The notes under the pieces were generated by a model, which worked only from the letters and a program-made list of their open reading frames with translations, had not been told where the DNA came from and searched no databases. 43,291 bases of DNA from the IMG/VR virus record IMGVR_UViG_3300028571_000001. The stretch is one strand, 5' to 3'. Source of the DNA: a virus. Below are positions 17,771 to 25,353 of this stretch, one piece after another. Numbering within the stretch: position 1 is the first letter of the stretch; every line of letters begins with the position of its first letter. The translations under genes were made by a program, and so were the position numbers.

Positions 17771-17989
17771 ATGGCATCAATGGAACAAAATACAGACAGT
17801 AATAACGGAATACTTGGATGGGCAATATTCGCAGTAAGTTTTATCGGTTCGTTTTTAGAACCGCTAACTGATGGATTAAAATTTATAGCTGCGTTTACCG
17901 CCGCACTTATTGGTGTTGTAAAGGTTGTTCAATGGATAAGAGTTGAATTAAACAAAAGAAAAAAGGCGCAACAAAAAGGCGGTATTTAA
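17771..17989 (+). CDS. Small membrane protein, holin-like
   Basis: 72 aa with two hydrophobic helices (GWAIFAVSFIGSFL, FIAAFTAALIGVVKVV) and a basic tail (NKRKKAQQKGG). Last gene of the late operon. Confidence 0.4.
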   Translation: MASMEQNTDSNNGILGWAIFAVSFIGSFLEPLTDGLKFIAAFTAALIGVVKVVQWIRVELNKRKKAQQKGGI

Positions 17990-18697
17990 CTACCGTATCA
18001 ACCTACCCGCCAAATCGTATCTAAGCGTATCAATTACAACCCGCACCGATTCAAAATAAACGGGATTGCTTATTGTCATTTCACCGTTGTAATCGTGTTC
18101 TAAGATTTGCAAATAATAAACCCCCAAATAATTAAAAGGCACACGTAAATAATAATTCTGCTGCGTTGAGGTGTTGCCGAATGCATTTTTACTGCCAATT
18201 CGCTGCCAACTAATCATATCACTTGACACCATAATATCAAAATAATTCGCGTTTGTTTCTGACATTGTTTGCCAGTTAATCACCAAGTATCCATTGTTTT
18301 GATATCCTTGTATTGCTCCGAAATTCACAGCCAAAGCTACGTAAGGAATGAAATATGGGCAAAAATTATCTATGTATGAATTAGTGATTGTAAAGCAAAT
18401 GTTCAGCGTGTCGTTGCCTAATTGTACATAGTTGCCTTGTTGAATTAGTGTTGCGTTTTGGTATTGGTTTATTTCGCTAATATTTAAACTACCATTTTGC
18501 GGTGAAGAATAAGCCACGTAAATATATCCTTCTGCGCCGTTTGTATTAAGGTCAAAGCAAAGTGTAGTGTCTCCTATAATTAATTGCTCAAAGCAAAATG
18601 AAGCATTGTAGATTTGGATGAAACTTGGAACAGTGGGAGTGGTAAAAATTTGGCAAGTAACAAGCAATGGCGCAAGTAATAGTAGCAAAGTTTTCAT
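17990..18697 (-). CDS. Secreted protein with a Bacteroidota-type C-terminal beta-sandwich region
   Basis: The start chosen is MKTLLLLLAPLLVTCQ (signal peptide), which overlaps the upstream stop as ATGA. The C-terminal segment WQTMSETNANYFDIMVSSDMISWQRIGSKNAFGNTSTQQNYY...YYLQILEHDYNGE resembles a domain common in secreted Bacteroidota proteins. Confidence 0.5.
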   Translation of the reverse strand: MKTLLLLLAPLLVTCQIFTTPTVPSFIQIYNASFCFEQLIIGDTTLCFDLNTNGAEGYIYVAYSSPQNGSLNISEINQYQNATLIQQGNYVQLGNDTLNICFTITNSYIDNFCPYFIPYVALAVNFGAIQGYQNNGYLVINWQTMSETNANYFDIMVSSDMISWQRIGSKNAFGNTSTQQNYYLRVPFNYLGVYYLQILEHDYNGEMTISNPVYFESVRVVIDTLRYDLAGRLIR

Positions 18698-19203
18698 CTT
18701 ACCAACGTCACCCTCCCCAAATCTCTTAATTTCAAACCCGTAATTGTAGTGTAGTCGCAAGTGTAAACGTACACGCCGCCCATAAATTCACCACCATCCC
18801 ATTCACTCACACCTTCAAATATTACTTGCCCTTCCCGTGTAAAAATCCTTATCATATCTATTGTAATATTTTCTCCAACGGGAATCCAAGTTTTATTCGT
18901 CCCGTCTGGCACAAATGCATTCGGGGCGTAGTAAGTCCACTCTTTGCAATTGTCGACAAATAGAATACGTTTATCAATTGATGTGCATCCGTATTCATTT
19001 GTAATCTCCAACTCCACAATAAAACTACCTTCACGATTAACTACTAATGTTGCATCTTGTTCGGTACTTATAAATCCATCTACATTCCAATTGTACCCGT
19101 ATGCAGTTTGAGTAGTAAGATTTATTATTATATCCTTGTCGCAGTAGTTAATCTGTGCAATAATTGAGTAACATAAAAATAGCAGCACAAGGGTGAATCT
19201 CAT
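18694..19203 (-). CDS. Secreted protein with T9SS type B sorting domain (gliding-motility-associated C-terminal domain, CHU_C-like)
   Basis: Signal peptide MRFTLVLLFLCYSIIAQ. The C-terminus YAPNAFVPDGTNKTWIPVG...IRIFTREGQVIFEG..WDGG...GVYVYTCDY...GRVTLVR follows the PNAFTPNGDG..N..F / IFNRWG..VF / WDG / GVYFY / G.VTLIR pattern. Confidence 0.75.
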   Translation of the reverse strand: MRFTLVLLFLCYSIIAQINYCDKDIIINLTTQTAYGYNWNVDGFISTEQDATLVVNREGSFIVELEITNEYGCTSIDKRILFVDNCKEWTYYAPNAFVPDGTNKTWIPVGENITIDMIRIFTREGQVIFEGVSEWDGGEFMGGVYVYTCDYTTITGLKLRDLGRVTLVR

Positions 19204-19207
19204 GCTG

Positions 19208-19215
19208 CAAAATTA
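19208..19215 (-). promoter_or_regulatory. -7 promoter motif TAATTTTG, 4 nt before ATG 19203
   Basis: Minus strand reads TAATTTTGcagcATG. Spacing implies a leaderless or near-leaderless transcript. Confidence 0.45.
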
Positions 19216-19243
19216 AACAAAATGTGTTATACATAATGTTAAG

Positions 19244-20446
19244 TTATCTGCAATAGATTGACATACTACTTATCATACCGTATTTTTTATTTAAAAAGTT
19301 TAGCCCCTGTTGCCTTTCTTCGGGTGTCGCTCTTATTGATTGTGCATAAGCATTAAATCCAATTAAGCTACCATTTACAAAACAGTCCTTTGTTGCTTGC
19401 CAACGCTGATGATAATGACCCATAAAATTGTAGTCTGCAACAGTTTCTTTATTCATATCTCCAATTGCTTTTCTAAGAGGAATTGTAAGACCTCCAACAC
19501 CACCGCTATACTTTATATAATCACCATGAAAGAAACGATTTACATAGCCCATTATGTTTAAATAAACATAAATCCCATCACCAATTACAAACTCTATCTT
19601 TTTATTATTTGAAAAGTAATCGGCTAAATCATGATACATCATCCACTCGTATGAGTTTCTGTAACCTGTTGCTATAAACTTTTCCTTTTCAGTCCTTCCA
19701 TGATTTCCAAAATTGCAAGGAATAATTATCTTTTCAAATTTTCCATGTTGAAGATAAAAATTGATTGCAGTAATAATTTTTTCTTTTGCAAATCGTATTG
19801 CTTGTGTTGGTGAAAGGTAATTGCTTTCTCTTAATTCTTGATGAATATTACCACTTATAAAATCGCCACCAAGCCAAATAACAACTTGCTTTATTTCAGA
19901 ATTATTCCTTTCATGGTAAATCATTTTTAAACTGTTTTGAATTAGCATACTCCAACTTGACGCAGCAATTTCTAAATTATATTTATTCGCACCATTAATT
20001 GTTGAAGGTTCTACCCTTTCGTCAAAATGAGTGTCACTTAATTGTATAATAGGAACGGTTTCGCTTTTACTTTCTGAAACAATAGGCTCAATATTTACAA
20101 TTTCTACGGGCTGTTTAATATTTATGAGCGCATCGAAGCGTTTTTCAGAATCTTCGTAAGCTTTTAATAAATGATTATACTTTGCATTTAACTCCTTTAC
20201 CTTTGCAGATTCAGCGCGTTTTCCGAAATCAAATGCAATAAGTTCGGACGTTGTCTTTGGCGGTTGTTGATCTTTTAATATCTTTTCTTTTGGAGGTTTA
20301 GCTTTCTTTTGCATCTCCCGTCTGAATGCAGTCCTTAATGAACTATGACCTTTTGCTCCGTATTTTATTCCTAATGATTCTGCTATCTCCTTACACGTTT
20401 TAAATCCTTCTGCAATCTTTTGTCGAACAATTTCAGCGTAATTCAT
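19244..20446 (-). CDS. Metallophosphoesterase (calcineurin-like) with N-terminal HTH-like region
   Basis: Motifs in order: QLSDTHFD, WLGGDFISGN, NFGNHGR, GHYH. The N-terminus IAEGFKTCKEIAESLGIKYG looks HTH-like and is followed by a Lys-rich linker. Confidence 0.65.
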   Translation of the reverse strand: MNYAEIVRQKIAEGFKTCKEIAESLGIKYGAKGHSSLRTAFRREMQKKAKPPKEKILKDQQPPKTTSELIAFDFGKRAESAKVKELNAKYNHLLKAYEDSEKRFDALINIKQPVEIVNIEPIVSESKSETVPIIQLSDTHFDERVEPSTINGANKYNLEIAASSWSMLIQNSLKMIYHERNNSEIKQVVIWLGGDFISGNIHQELRESNYLSPTQAIRFAKEKIITAINFYLQHGKFEKIIIPCNFGNHGRTEKEKFIATGYRNSYEWMMYHDLADYFSNNKKIEFVIGDGIYVYLNIMGYVNRFFHGDYIKYSGGVGGLTIPLRKAIGDMNKETVADYNFMGHYHQRWQATKDCFVNGSLIGFNAYAQSIRATPEERQQGLNFLNKKYGMISSMSIYCR

Positions 20447-20470
20447 AGGTTAGGAATATGGATTAGGCTG

Positions 20471-20478
20471 CAAATATA
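20471..20478 (-). promoter_or_regulatory. -7 promoter motif TATATTTG
   Basis: The reverse complement of caaatata lies 24 nt upstream of ATG 20446. Confidence 0.5.
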
Positions 20479-20491
20479 TGTAAAAAATTGA

Positions 20492-20713
20492 TTATTCGAT
20501 GCTTATGTTATTTTCAATAAGCTCCAAGTGTATTTTATCTCTTATTGCTTGATAAGCATTAACCGTATGAACATTCAAGTTGTCATTAAACTTTACTTCA
20601 TTGCGTAAAAATTGGTCTAAATCCCAAATAAGTGACTTGTACTTTCCTGCATTGCAAGCGGTTTCAAATTCTTTTTGGTCATCTCGCAAATCAAATTCTA
20701 ATATTCCTTTCAT
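20492..20713 (-). CDS. Hypothetical protein (73 aa)
   Basis: ORF packed in the leftward operon with a 4-nt overlap on its upstream neighbour. No motif. Confidence 0.45.
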   Translation of the reverse strand: MKGILEFDLRDDQKEFETACNAGKYKSLIWDLDQFLRNEVKFNDNLNVHTVNAYQAIRDKIHLELIENNISIE

Positions 20714-20937
20714 TTTGTGTGAGTTTTATCATTTATTCGTTGGAAAATATGGTTAATCCTCTCTTTCAATTCATCATCAATATTATTATGCAAAATACCT
20801 TTTAAAGCTCCAATAGCTTCGCCCAAATGCTTTGCATTTTCAATATTGCGCTTTTGAATTTCAAGTATTAAACTTTCATTTTCAGCTATGCGATTTTCTA
20901 ATTCTTCGATGTAGTTCATAGTCCATTTAATATTCAT
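20710..20937 (-). CDS. Hypothetical coiled-coil protein (75 aa)
   Basis: Start chosen at MNIKWTMNYIEELE, which overlaps the upstream stop as ATGA. The track start at 20994 would overlap the neighbouring gene. Confidence 0.4.
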   Translation of the reverse strand: MNIKWTMNYIEELENRIAENESLILEIQKRNIENAKHLGEAIGALKGILHNNIDDELKERINHIFQRINDKTHTK

Positions 20938-21200
20938 GTTGCCATCGCCACAACACACCCAATAACACCAACTGCCAAACCGATTACAAACCAAGTAAAG
21001 CTGAAGTATGATTTTTGTAAGGGTGGGATGTCTTTTTCATTTTTAATAGCACGTTTACGAGCCTCAATTGTTTCGTTTATAGTAAACTGATATGTTTTTA
21101 CTTCTCCATTTGGGTGCTTCAAGTACACCGTTGAATACTCTGTTGCCGCACCAAACTCGTGATGCTTGTTCTCGATTGTTTTTAATTCGCCTTGTTTCAT
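20934..21200 (-). CDS. Hypothetical membrane-anchored protein (88 aa)
   Basis: C-terminal hydrophobic helix FSFTWFVIGLAVGVIGCVVAMA. Confidence 0.45.
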   Translation of the reverse strand: MKQGELKTIENKHHEFGAATEYSTVYLKHPNGEVKTYQFTINETIEARKRAIKNEKDIPPLQKSYFSFTWFVIGLAVGVIGCVVAMAT

Positions 21201-21219
21201 TTTATATAAATTTAGTTAT

Positions 21220-22689
21220 TTAAAAGCCTATAATACCTGCGAGTATCCCCCCACTAACATTTACAATCTGAACCCTACTTGTCGTTTCACAATCACAAAT
21301 CCTTTCCAAAGTAACTGAATGATTTTCGTTTGGCAAGTTAACCGTTACATTTTGCCCCACAACCGAACCAAAACTTCCCGACCATCTATACGTGCAAGGT
21401 TCAAAACAAGCCCGAGCAACTGCAAACAAATTAGCCGAACCGCAACTACTCACATAGCTAAATGGTTGCATTTGTGGACGCGTATATGGCATTGAAATAT
21501 TTTGCAGACCAAACATAGTGTTTCCGTTTGCAATTGCAGCGTTGAAAACAAAATTACAACCTACTCCTGGGGTTAATGGATTGTTGATTCGTGCAATGTC
21601 TGTATTGTTTCCGCGTGAAATGTAAATGCGTCCGTCGTCTGCATACCAACCTGTTCCAAGACTCGCAACAGTCTGAGGCGTTGAACCAACTTGTGTTATT
21701 GTTCCTGTACAAACATTAATTTGCCTTACTGCTCCATTGTTTGAAAAGGTGTAAAGTAAGTTCTCAGCAAACTTTGAATCGTAAACACCATTTATAGTAT
21801 AGTTATTTTGAAATGTTACTACTCCCGTTGACTTGTTAAAGCCGTAAGTTTCAATTTGATTTACTCCATAGTAACAAACTGCGAATCTATTGCCGTCTAA
21901 ATGAAAACCAAGTGTACCTTGTGATCCGTTTGCGCCTCCATTTAGTCCTGCACTACTTATGATTGCTGGGCCTAATCCGCCTGCTGTTAATGGGTAAGCG
22001 TAGAAATTAGTTGATTGAAAACGCTTAGTTACAATCCATGTCGTGTCGCCGCCGCAAGTAGTTACAGCACTTACCGATTCGCGCATATTAAAAGCCGCAT
22101 TTAAAGCAACGTTTTTTACTGCTGTAACGGCCCCTAAACCTCCATTAAGTGTCATGTCAATTACGCTGTATGCCAAAGGTGCTAATCCCATTTGACCAAG
22201 TGTAAATAAATACAAAATATTTGGCGTGTTTGGTTGAGCAACTATTAAAGCTGTTTGCGTTGTGGAATTGCTGCCCGTTAAAAAGTTTCCATTTGGCATT
22301 GCGTTATTGTTCCTATCGTATGCCGTTAGACCATCGCTGTAAGCAAGTATTTGACCTGCGGCATTTGATAGGCAACTTGCACCCTCAATGGTATTAATTG
22401 CGCCAAATTGAAATGCTGCGGGAGGGTTGAGCCTTACGTTACGCCCAAATGTCCAGTTTTGGTTTTGGGCGGTGCAGAATAAGGGCAATAAAAACAGCAC
22501 TAGAAATAATTTAGATTGAAGCCATTTAACAGTTCTTAAATACCTTCTTAATTGCTTAAATCCTTTGCTACTTACTTTAAATTCAGCGTTACTATTAAAA
22601 GCTGGATAATAAAATGAAGCATAACCAAAATTATAAACTTCAACTTTAAAACCATCAACTTCTATTTCTCTTATGTTAATGTTTGCCAT
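21220..22689 (-). CDS. Secreted or membrane-anchored repeat protein (possible beta-propeller), hypothetical
   Basis: 489 aa. A signal-peptide-like segment LFLVLFLLPLFCTAQ sits about 60 aa after the only in-frame ATG. The body is Gly/Asn/Thr-rich and repetitive. Preceded by conserved element R2. Confidence 0.5.
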   Translation of the reverse strand: MANINIREIEVDGFKVEVYNFGYASFYYPAFNSNAEFKVSSKGFKQLRRYLRTVKWLQSKLFLVLFLLPLFCTAQNQNWTFGRNVRLNPPAAFQFGAINTIEGASCLSNAAGQILAYSDGLTAYDRNNNAMPNGNFLTGSNSTTQTALIVAQPNTPNILYLFTLGQMGLAPLAYSVIDMTLNGGLGAVTAVKNVALNAAFNMRESVSAVTTCGGDTTWIVTKRFQSTNFYAYPLTAGGLGPAIISSAGLNGGANGSQGTLGFHLDGNRFAVCYYGVNQIETYGFNKSTGVVTFQNNYTINGVYDSKFAENLLYTFSNNGAVRQINVCTGTITQVGSTPQTVASLGTGWYADDGRIYISRGNNTDIARINNPLTPGVGCNFVFNAAIANGNTMFGLQNISMPYTRPQMQPFSYVSSCGSANLFAVARACFEPCTYRWSGSFGSVVGQNVTVNLPNENHSVTLERICDCETTSRVQIVNVSGGILAGIIGF

Positions 22690-22750
22690 TCTGATTAGTT
22701 TTTAGTGTTGGTTTTGGGGGTTATTAATTGTACATTTTATTTACAAAACT

Positions 22751-22810
22751 TTCGGTTTATTTGCTTATTTGGAGTGATTGGCGAAGGTTTGTTGCGGGTA
22801 GCGGGTAGTT
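22751..22810 (-). repeat. Conserved intergenic element R2 (homologous to 29013-29072)
   Basis: Shares cgaaggtttgttgcgggtagcgggtagtt exactly with R1, plus ttcggtttat...cttattt. On the coding strand it contains the tandem TACCCGC TACCCGC. Confidence 0.9.
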
Positions 22811-22820
22811 GTGTGCAATA

Positions 22821-23849
22821 CTACTGAACTGCATCAAACAAACTTACCGACTTAACAGCACTCATAACTCGTTTTTTCGCATCTTTTATATTTAATGCCA
22901 TTTGTTTAAAATAGCTATCTTTTAGCTCAATTCCTATTGCCTTACGACCTAAACTAACAGGGCTGTAAACTTCGCTACCAACACCAGCAAAAGGGGTTAA
23001 AACAACTTCATTTGGATTTGAGTATAATTCAACAATCCTATCAATTACATCTAATTGCAAAGGGTGTACGTGTTTCTCATCATCATCTTCTTTGCTATCT
23101 TTAAAAGGCAGTACATTATCAATTCTAATATCATCCCATACACTCGAAGCATATCTTTGCCAAATGTAATGGCTCAATTTATTGTTAGGGTTTTCACTAT
23201 CGTAAAAGCTATTATTTAAGTGCTCCCATAATTGTTCCTCATTTAGTTTTGTGTTGTTGGCATTATTCCAAGCAGTTAAAATATTGCTTACTATTGGAGT
23301 TGCACCAAAGTAATTTTTCAATCCTTGCGAATGTGTTACAGGTACTAAATTATCACCTTCTTTGGTAAATATCAATACATAATCAGGCATAGCAGTAAAG
23401 CATTTTGTGCTATCTTCTACAATAAATTTGTGCATTAAACTTTGTACCATTGTTCTCATTCTAACCTTTAAAGGCTCTTTCCAAATAGTAATTCTATTGC
23501 GATAATGAAATCCATACTTTTGATGTATTTTTATTATTTCAGCAGGGAAATCCCATAGGAAACATCTATTATCGTGTACATCGGTACAATGCACAGCGTT
23601 AATTCTACCAGCTTTTGTAACTCTTGCCATTTGATGAACTAAAAACTCGTATTGCTCCAAAAATTGTTCTTTACTTTCGCAATTACTAAAGTCATTTTCT
23701 GAACTTGAATAATTATACAATCCTGCAAATGGTGGAGAGTACACAACTAAATCAACACTTTCATCTTCTAATGTTGGTAATACTAACATACAATCTGAAT
23801 TGTATATGGCGTAATTTTCTGTAATTACTTGGTCTTTTACTTTGCTCAT
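22821..23849 (-). CDS. DNA methyltransferase, N6-adenine/N4-cytosine type (beta class)
   Basis: Catalytic motif DLVVYSPPF comes before the SAM motif VVLTPFAGVGSE and LGRKAIGIEL. Confidence 0.8.
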   Translation of the reverse strand: MSKVKDQVITENYAIYNSDCMLVLPTLEDESVDLVVYSPPFAGLYNYSSSENDFSNCESKEQFLEQYEFLVHQMARVTKAGRINAVHCTDVHDNRCFLWDFPAEIIKIHQKYGFHYRNRITIWKEPLKVRMRTMVQSLMHKFIVEDSTKCFTAMPDYVLIFTKEGDNLVPVTHSQGLKNYFGATPIVSNILTAWNNANNTKLNEEQLWEHLNNSFYDSENPNNKLSHYIWQRYASSVWDDIRIDNVLPFKDSKEDDDEKHVHPLQLDVIDRIVELYSNPNEVVLTPFAGVGSEVYSPVSLGRKAIGIELKDSYFKQMALNIKDAKKRVMSAVKSVSLFDAVQ

Positions 23850-23860
23850 TTTGTTTAATT

Positions 23861-25273
23861 TTAAAATTTTGGTTTAATTATGTCTTTTGTAAATTCTTTC
23901 TTTTGTATTTCGTAAATGCTGTTTACATTTTCAGATAGTTTTGTAAACATATCATTTGCCTTTTCTTTTTTGATTTGTAGGCTTTCCATTATTCGAGTTT
24001 GTCCATCACTTAAAACCAAATCAACATAAACATCATTTTTTTGTCCGAACCTCCAAAACCTTCTTATCGCTTGGTAATATTGCTCATAGGAATAAGTTGG
24101 AAAATATGTTGTATGATTACAATGTTGCCAGTTCAATCCAAATGCAGTTATTGAAGTTTTAGTAATTAGCTTTTTAATTTCACCTTTTGAAAATGATAAC
24201 AATATTTCTTCTTTTTTATCAATATCCATATTTCCTTTTACTTCAACACAATTATCTAATTGATTAATCAATTTTGCTTCATCATTCAAATTAACCCAGT
24301 ACACACTTGTTTCGTGTGCATTAGCCAACGATACAGCCTTTTCACATCTTTGTTCTAAAGTGTTTCTTGTTTCGGCTTTTATTTCAAAGAAATTAACAGC
24401 AGGAAAATTAAATAATGATGTTTGTCCATTAATAGCCAGAGGGCTTTCATTTCTTACTTGATGTTGGTTTTCAATAAGTTTTGGCAATTTGTATTTTTCA
24501 TCACTAAAACCTAAATCACTTGGCTTTCGTATTGAAATTGCCCATTGTGAAACCCATTGCCAAAAATCCTTTTCAGCGTGTGGTTTAATATAATATTCAC
24601 TACCTGCATTCCTTACCTCAATACTCCCTTTGTTGTTCTTAAAAAACCGTGTAAGCATATCTGTATATCCTAAATATCCAAGTGCTTCGCTACTTGTACC
24701 CAATTCAATATAATCATTGGGGCTTGGGGTTGCAGTTGAGCAAAAACGATAAGGAACTTTTTTAATAAATGAAGTAATTTTATTTTTAATTGCTCCATCA
24801 AAGTTTTTTAAAATACTGCTTTCATCCAGTATCACTCCAATAAAATCTTTTTCATTAAAGTATTGCAACCTTTCGTAATTACATACTACTATTTTTTTAG
24901 TATGAACTCCATTTTTTGAGTATTCAATATCATCAATACCTAATTTTTCAGCTTCAAAAATAAATTGAAATGCAACCGCCAAAGGTGTTAATATCAATAC
25001 TTTTTTATTTGTATGTTGTATAATGTTTTTTGCAATTGATAACTGAATTAAAGTTTTACCTAATCCAGTATCAGCAAAAACGGCAATACGACCTTTCATA
25101 ATTGACTTTTCAATAATTGCTTTTTGGAAGTCAAAAGCTATTTCAGGAATGTAATTTGGTTTAAATCCAAAGTCGCCAATTGAGTGCCTTTTCTTATCCA
25201 AAAAATCCAAATAACTACCCGTACTGCACACAACATCGGTTTGGCAAAATGGGGGCTTTAGTGCTTCTGTCAT
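23861..25273 (-). CDS. SF2 helicase, SNF2/DEAD-like
   Basis: Motif I FADTGLGKT, motif II ILDESS, motif III STATPSPN, motif VI QAIRRFWRFGQ. Confidence 0.75.
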   Translation of the reverse strand: MTEALKPPFCQTDVVCSTGSYLDFLDKKRHSIGDFGFKPNYIPEIAFDFQKAIIEKSIMKGRIAVFADTGLGKTLIQLSIAKNIIQHTNKKVLILTPLAVAFQFIFEAEKLGIDDIEYSKNGVHTKKIVVCNYERLQYFNEKDFIGVILDESSILKNFDGAIKNKITSFIKKVPYRFCSTATPSPNDYIELGTSSEALGYLGYTDMLTRFFKNNKGSIEVRNAGSEYYIKPHAEKDFWQWVSQWAISIRKPSDLGFSDEKYKLPKLIENQHQVRNESPLAINGQTSLFNFPAVNFFEIKAETRNTLEQRCEKAVSLANAHETSVYWVNLNDEAKLINQLDNCVEVKGNMDIDKKEEILLSFSKGEIKKLITKTSITAFGLNWQHCNHTTYFPTYSYEQYYQAIRRFWRFGQKNDVYVDLVLSDGQTRIMESLQIKKEKANDMFTKLSENVNSIYEIQKKEFTKDIIKPKF

Positions 25274-25353
25274 ATTTTTATTTTTTATTAAACATTAGTA
25301 ATTCTATTGGGCATTTGTGGGTATAATTCCCCCACTTCGCCAAGCCGTAGGCG

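Noticed and set aside
21220-21249. Shared C-terminal tripeptide IGF on two secreted proteins (21220-22689 ends GGILAGIIGF and 27146-27712 ends NGSVIGF) as a possible sorting signal.
   Set aside because: Only three residues match. There is no DNA-level similarity and no resemblance to known T9SS or other sorting domains, so this is compatible with chance.
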